DNA from: Terriglobia bacterium
GTDB lineage: Bacteria > Acidobacteriota > Terriglobia > JAJPHL01 > JAPKYU01
Assembly: GCA_965206645.1 (NCBI GenBank)
Contig: CBDBKE010000003.1
Location: forward strand, 224,001-288,000
Length of the DNA stretch: 64,000 bases
Direction: 5' to 3'
The notes below the pieces were generated by a model. That model was not told where the DNA came from and searched no databases. It saw only the letters and a program-made list of their open reading frames with translations. Each line of letters opens with the position of its first letter. Position 1 is the first letter of the stretch. Made by a program: the position numbers and the translations under genes. Positions 10,100-19,262 of this stretch are shown here, piece after piece.

Positions 10100-11415
10100 T
10101 GGGCGCGGCCGTAGTGTTGGAGAATGTTAGCAAGAGCTACCCGGTCTATTCGGCGCCCGCCCACCGGTTGAAGGAGCTGTTGACCCTGGGGCGCCGCAGC
10201 TACCATCAGGACTTCTGGGCACTGCGGGACGTCAGTTTCGAGATCGAGCGCGGCACCACCTTCAGTATCCTGGGCGAGAACGGCGCCGGGAAGAGCACTC
10301 TGCTGCAACTGGTCGCCGGCATCCTGCGGCCCACCGCCGGCCGGATTGAAGTCAACGGGCGCGTTTCGGCGCTGCTGGAACTGGGCTCCGGGTTCAACCC
10401 CGAATTCACCGGGCGCGAGAACGTGTTCCTGAACGGCGCGATCCTGGGCCTGAGCAACAAGGAGATCGAGCGGCGCTACCCGGCGATCGTGGATTTTGCT
10501 GAAATCGGCGACTTTGTCCGCCAGCCGGTCAAGACCTATTCCAGCGGCATGGTGGTGCGGCTGGCGTTCGCTGTGGCTATCAACGTGGACCCGGAGATTC
10601 TGCTGGTGGACGAGGCCCTGGCGGTGGGCGACATCTACTTCCGGCAGCGGTGCATGCGTAAGATCCACCAGCTGCAACGCTCCGGCGTCACGGTCATCTT
10701 CGTCACCCACAGCGTGGCCGACGTCAAGAGCCTGGCCACCCGAGCGCTGTGGATCGCCGGGGGGCGCCTCGTCGAGATCGGCGATCCGGACCGCGTCGTC
10801 AGCCACTACCAGGCGGCGATGGTCAATAAGGACGCCGAATACCTGCGGCATCACGCGGTGGCAGAGGCCAAAGCCACCGAGCAGACCTCCGCGCTGCGTG
10901 CCCCTGAGGTCGTCGAGAAAATTCCCAATGTGGATTTCCGCTATGGGACCGGCAGCGCTCACGTGTTGGGCATTGCAGTCCTGAACCAGAGAGGCGAGGA
11001 ACTGGGCCTGCTGCCACCGGGCGGAACCGTTGTGGTGCGCATCAGCGTGCAGGCTGCGCGGGAGGTGCCGCTGCCCATCGTCGGCTTCATGCTGCGGAAC
11101 CACCTGGGCGTGGATTTTTCCGGCACCAACACGGCCCTCGAAGACACCGAGCTGCCCCCACTCAATCCAGGCGACACGCTGACCGTGGATTTCCACCTGA
11201 GCCTGCCGGAACTGTATCCGGGGCATTTCTCCTTCTCGCCGGCGATTGCCAACGGCGCGCTGGAAGGCTACGAGATGTGCGACTGGATTGACAATGCCGT
11301 CACGCTCCAGATGGAGAAGCGGCGGGAGATGTACGGCTACTTGCGCCCGGCCTGTCGGGTCGAAGTCCACGGCGTTCGGCTGGTGGCTGGAGTGGGAGTC
11401 CAGGGGAGAGGGTAG
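10099..11415 (+). CDS. wzt: Polysaccharide ABC exporter ATPase Wzt with C-terminal carbohydrate-binding domain
   Basis: ATG overlaps the wzm TGA; FWALRDVSF, GENGAGKSTLL, PVKTYSSGMVVRLAFA, DEALAVGD; RYGTG... Wzt_C-like beta-rich extension. Confidence 0.94.
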   Translation: MGAAVVLENVSKSYPVYSAPAHRLKELLTLGRRSYHQDFWALRDVSFEIERGTTFSILGENGAGKSTLLQLVAGILRPTAGRIEVNGRVSALLELGSGFNPEFTGRENVFLNGAILGLSNKEIERRYPAIVDFAEIGDFVRQPVKTYSSGMVVRLAFAVAINVDPEILLVDEALAVGDIYFRQRCMRKIHQLQRSGVTVIFVTHSVADVKSLATRALWIAGGRLVEIGDPDRVVSHYQAAMVNKDAEYLRHHAVAEAKATEQTSALRAPEVVEKIPNVDFRYGTGSAHVLGIAVLNQRGEELGLLPPGGTVVVRISVQAAREVPLPIVGFMLRNHLGVDFSGTNTALEDTELPPLNPGDTLTVDFHLSLPELYPGHFSFSPAIANGALEGYEMCDWIDNAVTLQMEKRREMYGYLRPACRVEVHGVRLVAGVGVQGRG

Positions 11416-11421
11416 CAATAA

Positions 11422-12828
11422 GTGGAGTTCACTGGCGAGCGGGCAATCCCGGGGCAGGTGGATCCTGATCTGTGGAACGAGCATCTGTCGCGCTACGCCT
11501 TCGCGGCCCTTTTTGCTCAACGGCTGCTGAGCGGCCGGGGGGTGGCGCCCGACGGCAGATTGCAGTCCACGATGGTTCCCGGTGCTGTGGCTGCGGGCGC
11601 TGATCCGGCCCCCGCCGTCTTTCGGGTGCTGGACGCCGGTTGCGGCTCTGGCTACGGTGCAGCCCAGCTGGCGGGCCTGGATCCTGCGCTGCAGGTGGTC
11701 GGCATAGATCTCAGCGAGGAGGCCCTGGCGTATGCCCGCCCGCGCTATGGTGGGCCCAACCTGCATTTTGCCCACGGCGACTGTCTGGCCCTGGAGTTTG
11801 CCGACGGAGAATTCGACCTGGTGATGGCCTTCGAAGTCCTTGAGCATTTGACCGAGCCGGCGGCGTTCTTGCAGCAAGCACGCCGCGTGCTCCGTCCTTC
11901 CGGCCACCTGCTGGTTTCCACGCCGAACCGGCGTTACTATTCCGAGGAGCGCCGCTACGTCAACCCCTTCCACACCCGGGAGTACGATGCGTCGGAATTT
12001 GACTCGCTGCTGGGAGGGTTTTTCCCTGAGCGCGTGATTTTTACGCAAAATCACGCCCCCGCCATTGCTTTCTTTCCCAGCGATGGAACGCTGCCATGCT
12101 CGACAGAGGGAGACAATGGAGCAGTTGCCCGATTCGCTGCTCCGCCTGAGGCCGCCGACCAAGCCCATTTCCTGGTGGTTGTCTGCGCCCGGCAACCAGG
12201 GCCGGTCCCCGAGCCGTTTGTCTTTGTGCCCTCGGCCGGTAACGTGTTGCGCGAGCGAGAACAGGATGCCGAACGGCTGAACTTGGAACTGGAGCATGCC
12301 CGCCAGCTTTTGGAAGCCCGCCAGCAGGAACTGGAGGAACGCACCGCCTGGGCTCGAGAGTTGGACCAGGAGCGAGAACGCCTGGCAGGGATCGTGCGGG
12401 AATTGCAGGCCGACCTAGAGAACAAGGTTTCCTGGGCGCGTTCGCTGGAAGCAGACTTGGAACGGGCTCGCGAGGCGATGGGCGAGCTGCACCGAGAATT
12501 TGAGGAGCGCACCGCCTGGGCTCGAGAGTTGGACCAGGAGCGAGAACGCCTGGCAGGGATCGTGCGGGAATTGCAGGCCGACCTAGAGAACAAGGTTTCC
12601 TGGGCGCGTTCGCTGGAAGCAGACTTGGAACGGGCTCGCGAGGCGATGGGCGAGCTGCACCGAGAATTTGAGGAGCGCACCGCCTGGGCATTGAAGCTCG
12701 ACGCTGAACTAAAAGCCGCAGGCGCCGACCTGCGCCTTCTCTTCGGTTCCCGCTGGTACCGTGCAGGGAAGAAGTTCCGGCTGAGCCCCGTGCCGCCGTC
12801 GGATCAAGAGCGAGGGGGCGGCCCATGA
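11422..12828 (+). CDS. Class I SAM methyltransferase with long coiled-coil and C-terminal amphipathic tail (WbdD-like terminator)
   Basis: FTGER..., HLSRY, VLDAGCGSGYG, FEVLEH, STPN, NPFHTREY; heptad region of about 165 aa; LLFGSRWYR tail. Confidence 0.85.
   Translation: MEFTGERAIPGQVDPDLWNEHLSRYAFAALFAQRLLSGRGVAPDGRLQSTMVPGAVAAGADPAPAVFRVLDAGCGSGYGAAQLAGLDPALQVVGIDLSEEALAYARPRYGGPNLHFAHGDCLALEFADGEFDLVMAFEVLEHLTEPAAFLQQARRVLRPSGHLLVSTPNRRYYSEERRYVNPFHTREYDASEFDSLLGGFFPERVIFTQNHAPAIAFFPSDGTLPCSTEGDNGAVARFAAPPEAADQAHFLVVVCARQPGPVPEPFVFVPSAGNVLREREQDAERLNLELEHARQLLEARQQELEERTAWARELDQERERLAGIVRELQADLENKVSWARSLEADLERAREAMGELHREFEERTAWARELDQERERLAGIVRELQADLENKVSWARSLEADLERAREAMGELHREFEERTAWALKLDAELKAAGADLRLLFGSRWYRAGKKFRLSPVPPSDQERGGGP
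12341..12688 (+). repeat. Exact 168-bp (56-codon) in-frame tandem duplication
   Basis: Units start at 12341 and 12509, partial third at 12677 (gcaccgcctggg...). Confidence 0.95.
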
Positions 12829-12951
12829 TGCTGCCCCACCCGATGCTCGAAGCGGCTGCGATGAGGAAACTGCCTGCCGCGTTGGCCCATTAAGCGCGGA
12901 ACTATATGCCGACGAGCTGTTCGTGGGCTGCCGCCTGAGGCGCGCGCCGCT

Positions 12952-14400
12952 GTGCTAACATCGGTGGAGTCGCCTCTGAGCAACAAAGAACAGTTCGAAC
13001 GGCTGCTCGAAAGAATGCGTCGCGACTGGAACGAGCGCGCCACGCAGGACGGAGAGCATTACGTCTACACGCGCGACTCAAACAGCGACGAGGGCGACTT
13101 CGAAGCCTCAGGCCGGGTCAACTACGACCAGCTGGTGCGCCCGTATCTTCCCGTGCTGCTCAACGGCCGTTCCCCCAGATGCTCCCGGGTCGCGGAAATC
13201 GGCTGCGGCCTGGGGCGCATAACCCGTAGTTTTGCCGAGGAGTTCCTGGAGGTGCATGGCATTGACGTTTCCCCCAGGATGATCGAGCAAGCCCGCTCCC
13301 GCTTGCGGGATTACCCCAATGTCATACTCCATGTATGCTCGGGTCAGGACCTGGGCAGCCTGCCCGACAACTACTTCGACCTGGTGTTTTCCTACCTGGT
13401 GTTCCAGCACATTCCCTCTCGCGAGGTCGTCGAAAACTACATCCGGGAGGCGGCGCGCGTCTTGAAGCCGGAGGGAGCGTTTCGGTTCCAGCTACAGGGA
13501 CATCTGTCGCCTGAGTACCGGCGGCAGGAGAAGGACACCTGGCTGGGGGAAAGTTTTTCTCTGGCCGAGGCCACCCAGATGCTGGCCGCTGCCGGGTTTT
13601 CGCCGCTAGACGCCACTGGCGCGGGCACGCAGTACTTTATGCTCAACGCTCGCAAAATTCCGGAAGCGGACAGGCCTCTTGCGCCCCACATCTTTGCGGG
13701 CCAGGGTTGGGCGCGCGGGCAGTTGCTCGAAGGATGGAACGATATGGACGCGGATGGCGGCTGGCCCATCGAGCCCTTTTCCCGGGCCATTTTGGCGGTC
13801 CCTGCAGCGCCGCAGTTGCGTGTGTTCCTGTCCCTCTATCTACCGCCGGTCGAGCCCTTCCCAACCCTGAACCTAAAGGCGAGCCTGAACGAGGTTTCAC
13901 TGGGGTCGGCGTCCCTCGGACGTGCCGGAGACCTCTATCTTGAGTGGACTGTTCCAGCCCGCGCGGTCACCGACTCTCGGGCAGTGCTTACACTGGAATT
14001 CCATCCGCCGGAGAGAAGCGTTCTCCTACGCGTTCGCGCCCTGGGGATTTATGCCCCGAGTGAAGCGGAGCAGCGGGAGGAGGACCCGGGTGCGGTCACC
14101 TTTCGACGCCTGCAAAGGCAACACCAGGAAGCGGTCTCCTGGGCCCGCGGGTTGGAAGTGCACACCCGCGAGGCGCTATCCAAGCTGCAGGGCGAGTTTG
14201 AGGAACGCACGGCATGGGCCCTGCGCATGCAAGCAGAACTGGAAGAGCGCACGGCCTGGGCGCAACGGCCGGATGCTGAACTGGAAGCGGCGCGCGCCGA
14301 TTTGAGCCTCCTGTTCGGCTCCCGGTGGTACCGCCTGGGGAAGAAGCTCCGACTGAGTCCTGTACCGCCTTCGGATCAAGGGAAAGGGGGCGGCGCTTGA
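12952..14400 (+). CDS. Second SAM methyltransferase with beta-rich middle domain, short coiled-coil and the same C-terminal tail
   Basis: EIGCGLGR, GIDVSPRM, FDLVFSYLVFQHIP, RVLKPEG; tail EERTAWA...LLFGSRWYRLGKKLRLSPVPPSDQ. Confidence 0.85.
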   Translation: MLTSVESPLSNKEQFERLLERMRRDWNERATQDGEHYVYTRDSNSDEGDFEASGRVNYDQLVRPYLPVLLNGRSPRCSRVAEIGCGLGRITRSFAEEFLEVHGIDVSPRMIEQARSRLRDYPNVILHVCSGQDLGSLPDNYFDLVFSYLVFQHIPSREVVENYIREAARVLKPEGAFRFQLQGHLSPEYRRQEKDTWLGESFSLAEATQMLAAAGFSPLDATGAGTQYFMLNARKIPEADRPLAPHIFAGQGWARGQLLEGWNDMDADGGWPIEPFSRAILAVPAAPQLRVFLSLYLPPVEPFPTLNLKASLNEVSLGSASLGRAGDLYLEWTVPARAVTDSRAVLTLEFHPPERSVLLRVRALGIYAPSEAEQREEDPGAVTFRRLQRQHQEAVSWARGLEVHTREALSKLQGEFEERTAWALRMQAELEERTAWAQRPDAELEAARADLSLLFGSRWYRLGKKLRLSPVPPSDQGKGGGA

Positions 14401-16820
14401 TTCTGCTTCGCCTGCTGCTGGCGCTGGTAGCGGCAGTGCTGCTGCCGCCACTACTGCTACTGAACGTTGCCAGCCTGGCTCTAGTGGATCTGGCCTGGAT
14501 TTTCGGCGGCCGGCGCCGCAGCGCCGCCTCAGAAGGAGCCTCTGAACCGAACGAGCGACCCACCTCTGTAAGCGTGGTGATACCCAGTTGGAATGGCCGG
14601 GAGTTGCTGGAAAAATTCCTGCCTTCGGTCGTCCGCGCCGCCTCCTTTCATCCCGACAATGAAGTCATCGTGGTGGATAACGGCAGTGATGACGGGACCG
14701 CGGAGTGGGTTCGCAGGCAGTTTCCCGGGACAGACTCGGACGGCAGAAAACCAAAGTTGGTCCGCCTGCTTCGGTTGGAGCGCAACCTGGGCTTCGGGGC
14801 CGGCAACAACCTCGGGGTGCGAGCGGCGCGCAACTCCATCGTGGTGGTCCTGAACAATGACATGCGGGTGGAGCCGGACTGCTTCCAGCGACTGCTGGAG
14901 GGCTTCACGGACCCGGGCGTGTTCGCCATCAGCGCGCAGATCTTTTTCCTGGATCAGGGCCGGCGACGCGAAGAAACCGGCCTGACCGAAGGACGCTTCG
15001 AGCGGGGATTCTTCCGCCTGGGCCATCTGGCTGAGGACATTTCCACCTTGTACCCCACGTTCTACGCCGGGGGCGGCTCGACCGCCTATGACCGCGCAAA
15101 GTTCCTCGAACTCGGCGGCTTTGACTCGCTGTTCCATCCCTTCTACGTGGAAGACGCCGACCTTTCCTACAACGCCTGGAAACGAGGCTGGAAGGTGCTC
15201 TACCAGCCCGCAGCGGTCGTCTATCACGAACACCGCAGCACCATCGGAAGGCATTTCTCAGCTAAGCGCATAGACGCTATCCTCAAGAAGAACCACATCT
15301 TGATGGTGTGGAAGAACGTGCACCGCTGGAGCTCGCTGGCGGAGCATTTCTGTTGCCTCTACGCGGGCCTGGTGTTCTCCACATTTGTGGGCTCCGGTCC
15401 TACCCGCCCTACGCTGGCGGGTTACGCCGGCGTGCGGCGCTACTGGGGCAAAGTGCTCGAGCGGCGCTGGCAAGCCCGGAGCCTGAGCACGATTGGTGAC
15501 GACGAAGCGCTGCTGCGCCCGCTGCCCGCCTATTACCGGGACCGTTTCGTTCCCCCGCGGCCGCTGGAGGAAGGGTGGCCGTTGCGCATTCTGTTTCTTT
15601 CCCCATACTCTCTGCATCCTCCCACCCACGGAGGCGCTGTCTTCATGCAGCAGGCGGTGCGGTCGCTGGCTCGCCGCCACGAGGTTCACCTTCTAGCCTT
15701 CGTGGATCGCCCGGAGGAGGTGGAAACGAACCGGGCGCTGGAACGCTGCCTGAGCTCGGTCCAATGCCTGGTACGCGATTTTCCGCCCCACCGTGATTCG
15801 CTCGGCCTTTTACCTTACGCCGTGCGTTGCTTCCTGAGTCCGGAATTCCGCCGTCGGGTCCACCGCCTGATCTGGAAACACCAGGTTGACCTGGTCCAGG
15901 TCGAGTACACGCAGATGGGACACTTTGCAGGCGGCTGGCGCCACACGCCCACGGCCTTGTTCGAGCACGACGTGTATTTCCAATCTGTACGGCGCGCGTT
16001 GAGACAGGCGCGGTCGGTGGCAGAGTGGCTGCGAACCTGTCTGGAGTGGCTGCGGGCCCTGCGCTACGAACTCCACCTGCTGCGCCGCGTTGACCTGGTC
16101 CAGACCTGCAGCGAGGCGGAGCGCCGCTTGCTGGAGTCCTTCCTGGGGCGGGAGGCGCCACCTGTCAATGGCACTCTACGCGCGGCGCTGGACACAGGCA
16201 ACTACGTGCCGGTCTTCACGGGACGCCAGCCGGAGACGCTGTTGTTCGTTGGCAACTTCCGCCATGCACCCAATATAGACGGCTTGCGGTTCTTGGTACA
16301 GCGGGTCATGCCGGTGTTGCGGGTGGACCGTCCGAACGCCGAATTGTTGGTCGTGGGCGCCTATCCTCCAATGGAGGTAGAAACACTGTGCCGCCAGCCG
16401 GGAGTGAACCTGCTGGGGATGGTGCCGGAAATCCGCGAGGTGATGGCCCGCTACGCGCTGTTTCTGTGCCCCATTTTTAGTGGTTCGGGGGTGCGTGTAA
16501 AAGTTCTGGAGGCGTTCGCCGCCGGCATGCCGGTGATCTCCACGCCACTGGGCGTGGAGGGACTGGATGTCGTCGACGGACAGGAATTGCTGCTGGTCAG
16601 CAATGCTCGCCAGTTCGTCTCTGCTATCATAGAACTGCTGGAACATCCCGCACATGCTGAGGCCCTGGCGCGCCGCGCCCGCCGCAGGGTCGAACAGCAG
16701 TGGGATGCCAGCGTCGTCCTGGAGAGATTGGAATGCGCCTATTGGGAGCTCTTGCGAGAACGACGATCCGTGCTTCCTGCAGGGGCTTCGTTGGTCACAA
16801 CTTCTTCGAGGTCCTCATGA
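14397..16820 (+). CDS. Bifunctional glycosyltransferase (GT2 + GT4)
   Basis: TTG start overlaps the upstream stop; hydrophobic N-terminus; VVIPSWNG, VVDNGSDD, LNND, EDADL; then GT-B half FVGNFRHAPN, GSGVRVKVLEAFAAGMPVISTPLG. Confidence 0.9.
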   Translation: MILLRLLLALVAAVLLPPLLLLNVASLALVDLAWIFGGRRRSAASEGASEPNERPTSVSVVIPSWNGRELLEKFLPSVVRAASFHPDNEVIVVDNGSDDGTAEWVRRQFPGTDSDGRKPKLVRLLRLERNLGFGAGNNLGVRAARNSIVVVLNNDMRVEPDCFQRLLEGFTDPGVFAISAQIFFLDQGRRREETGLTEGRFERGFFRLGHLAEDISTLYPTFYAGGGSTAYDRAKFLELGGFDSLFHPFYVEDADLSYNAWKRGWKVLYQPAAVVYHEHRSTIGRHFSAKRIDAILKKNHILMVWKNVHRWSSLAEHFCCLYAGLVFSTFVGSGPTRPTLAGYAGVRRYWGKVLERRWQARSLSTIGDDEALLRPLPAYYRDRFVPPRPLEEGWPLRILFLSPYSLHPPTHGGAVFMQQAVRSLARRHEVHLLAFVDRPEEVETNRALERCLSSVQCLVRDFPPHRDSLGLLPYAVRCFLSPEFRRRVHRLIWKHQVDLVQVEYTQMGHFAGGWRHTPTALFEHDVYFQSVRRALRQARSVAEWLRTCLEWLRALRYELHLLRRVDLVQTCSEAERRLLESFLGREAPPVNGTLRAALDTGNYVPVFTGRQPETLLFVGNFRHAPNIDGLRFLVQRVMPVLRVDRPNAELLVVGAYPPMEVETLCRQPGVNLLGMVPEIREVMARYALFLCPIFSGSGVRVKVLEAFAAGMPVISTPLGVEGLDVVDGQELLLVSNARQFVSAIIELLEHPAHAEALARRARRRVEQQWDASVVLERLECAYWELLRERRSVLPAGASLVTTSSRSS

Positions 16821-17428
16821 GGAGCAGGCTTTCTTTGTTTCTGGCTGTAATTCTGGCGGTCTGCTTGGCAGCCGCGGCCGGTTGGGCGCGTAAGGCTCCG
16901 GATTTTTCCCTGCCGGCCCCCAGCGGCAAACAGATCCGGCTTTCCGACCACCGCGGCAATCTGGTGGTGCTGGAATTCCTCCAGACTGGGTGCCCCGCGT
17001 GCCAGCGCGCCGGCCGCACCTTACAGAAGCTGTTCTCCGAGAACCACAAGCGCGACCTCATGGTTATCGGGATTTCCCATGATCGGAGGGGAATGCAGGC
17101 CATTCGCAAGTACGTTCAGCAGCACGACCTGACCTACCCGGTAGTGCTGGGGGATCTGACGGTGGCGGTGAACTACCTGGGCATTACACCGCGCAGGCCG
17201 CAGTTCCACGTGCCGGTGTTCTTCTTCGTGGGTCCCGACGGACAACTTCTAGAGGAGCGCAAATCCGGACGGACTGCTGACCGCGACTGGTTCGCCAATA
17301 TGGAGCAGAACCTGGAAGCCACGGTGCGCCGCCTGCTCGCCGCGCAACAGACAGTCGCGAGACACGCGCGGCGCGTCCCGGGAGCGAAAAGCGGCTGGGC
17401 GGAAGCCGCTCGAGCCGCAGTAGAGTAA
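16817..17428 (+). CDS. TlpA/peroxiredoxin-like thioredoxin-fold protein, exported
   Basis: Signal peptide; APDFSL, LSDHRG, EFLQTGCPAC (CxxC), VPVFFFVGPDG. Confidence 0.85.
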   Translation: MRSRLSLFLAVILAVCLAAAAGWARKAPDFSLPAPSGKQIRLSDHRGNLVVLEFLQTGCPACQRAGRTLQKLFSENHKRDLMVIGISHDRRGMQAIRKYVQQHDLTYPVVLGDLTVAVNYLGITPRRPQFHVPVFFFVGPDGQLLEERKSGRTADRDWFANMEQNLEATVRRLLAAQQTVARHARRVPGAKSGWAEAARAAVE

Positions 17429-17448
17429 AGGACCCGGCCTGCGGCGGC

Positions 17449-18123
17449 ATGTACAGAGGCAAGCGCATCACGATCATCATCCCCTGCCTGGACGAGGAAG
17501 AAGGCATTGCCGAGGTGCTGCAAAAGATCCCGCCGCTGGTGGACGAGGTGATCGTGGTGGACAACGGCTCTAGTGATCGAACCGCGGAAGTTGCCCGGTC
17601 GCTGGGCGCCAAGGTGCTGCGGGAAGACATCCGCGGTTATGGGCGGGCCTACAAACACGGCTTTCAGCACACCACCGGGGACATCATCATCACCCTGGAT
17701 GGCGACCATTCCTATCCGGTGGATGCCCTCGCCTACTTACTGGAGGCCTTTCAACACCTGAACGCCGATTTTCTGAACGCTTCCCGGTTCCCCGTTCAGG
17801 ACCCCAAGGTCATGAGCTTCAAGCACAGGTTGGGCAACTTGGTGCTTTCGGCAGTTACCTCGGTGCTGTTTTTTCGCTGGGTGCGAGACTCGCAGTCCGG
17901 CATGTGGGTCTTCTCTCGCCACATCCTTCCACTGATAAAGCTGGAAAGCGACGGAATGGCGTTGAGCGAGGAGATCAAGGTCGAGGCCATCCGCAACCCG
18001 AGGATCCGATTCCGGGAAATCATCATCAACTATTCGTCCCGGGTGGGCGAGAAGAAGCTGCGGCCGTGGCGGGACGGCATGAGCAACCTGCTGTGGTTGT
18101 TCAAGAAGAGGTTCCTCCGGTGA
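17449..18123 (+). CDS. GT2 glycosyltransferase (DPM synthase-like, polyprenyl-phosphate sugar synthase type)
   Basis: IIPCLDEE, VVDNGSSDRT, GYGRA, LDGDHSYP, DSQSG, RVGEKKL. Confidence 0.9.
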   Translation: MYRGKRITIIIPCLDEEEGIAEVLQKIPPLVDEVIVVDNGSSDRTAEVARSLGAKVLREDIRGYGRAYKHGFQHTTGDIIITLDGDHSYPVDALAYLLEAFQHLNADFLNASRFPVQDPKVMSFKHRLGNLVLSAVTSVLFFRWVRDSQSGMWVFSRHILPLIKLESDGMALSEEIKVEAIRNPRIRFREIIINYSSRVGEKKLRPWRDGMSNLLWLFKKRFLR

Positions 18124-19262
18124 GCGGCGAGCGCACGGTGGCGATCATTCCCAACCGGGACGGAGCCGGCCGCCTGGAGCGCTGCCTGGCCACGCTGTTG
18201 GCACAGCGAGGCGCTGCCCTGGAAGTGGTCGTGCCGGAAGTGGTCGTGATAGACAACGCTTCTAGCGATGGCTCAGCCGAAGTGGCCGCCCGTGCCGGCG
18301 CGCGAGTTCTCCGCTTTCCGGAAAACCGAGGGTTCGCGGCCGCGGTCAATCGTGGCGTGGCCGAGAGTGACTCGGAATTTGTGGCGCTGGTCAATAACGA
18401 TGTTGAACTCGAGCCGGAATGGCTCCACCGGCTCCTGGCCGTCCTGAAACGTCACCCGGAGTGCGGCATGGTCACCGGTCGGACACTGCAACGCGATAGC
18501 GGCAGCACGCTGGACGGGACCGGCGACGCGCTCGCGCTGGGTCTGGCCGCCGCGCGATTGGGGTTCGGCTGCCCTGATGGCCCAGACTACCGGCAAGAGC
18601 GCTCGGTGCTGGCCGTTTCTGGCGCCGCCTCACTGATTCGTCGCGAGGTCTTCCGGAGCATCGGCGGGTTCGACGAAGCCTTTTTTGCTTACCTGGAGGA
18701 CGTGGACTTTTGTCTGCGGGCGCAGTTGGCCGGTTTCCGGGCGCGGTATGTCCCGGAAGCTGTTGCCTGGCACGAAGGCAGTGCTACCACGGCGGGCCAG
18801 GCAGGCCTGCCTCTCCGCGTTGCCCCGGACCTGCACCCGCAGGTGGCTACCTGGCTAACTGGACACCAGCTCTTGTTGGCCATGCGATACTGCCGCTGGG
18901 GGACGCTGCGTGTCCTGCTGCCGCGGGTCCTTTTGGTACAGGTGCTGTGGGCGGCTCGCCTGGTGCGGGTCGGACGGCTTGGCGCTTGGCTCCGCGGCTT
19001 GGCGTTGGCTGCGACCCGCTGGCGGCGTCTCCGGCGTTGGACCTTCCCTCCGGGAGCCGGACCGCAGCGGCTACTGGAACTGCTGCGCGCCTCGGAAACC
19101 CAGATCTACGCCAACCGCGCCCGCCGAGACACTTTCTGGCGCCTGTACTTCCGACTGTTCCCACCCGCCGTCCAGGCCAGCTTCTTGGCTGCCGGAGAAA
19201 GCAGCGCCGCGAGTAGCAAGGCCGAGCCAGGCGACACGAGTCGCCGCTATGCCGAGCCTTGA
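18120..19262 (+). CDS. GT2 glycosyltransferase
   Basis: GTG start overlaps the upstream TGA; IDNASSDGS, NRGFAAAVN, LVNND, FDEAFFAYLEDVDF. Confidence 0.88.
   Translation: MSGERTVAIIPNRDGAGRLERCLATLLAQRGAALEVVVPEVVVIDNASSDGSAEVAARAGARVLRFPENRGFAAAVNRGVAESDSEFVALVNNDVELEPEWLHRLLAVLKRHPECGMVTGRTLQRDSGSTLDGTGDALALGLAAARLGFGCPDGPDYRQERSVLAVSGAASLIRREVFRSIGGFDEAFFAYLEDVDFCLRAQLAGFRARYVPEAVAWHEGSATTAGQAGLPLRVAPDLHPQVATWLTGHQLLLAMRYCRWGTLRVLLPRVLLVQVLWAARLVRVGRLGAWLRGLALAATRWRRLRRWTFPPGAGPQRLLELLRASETQIYANRARRDTFWRLYFRLFPPAVQASFLAAGESSAASSKAEPGDTSRRYAEP

Noticed and set aside
10066-12297. 743-aa minus-strand ORF
   Set aside because: Antisense to wzt and the methyltransferase; a typical high-GC shadow with no motifs
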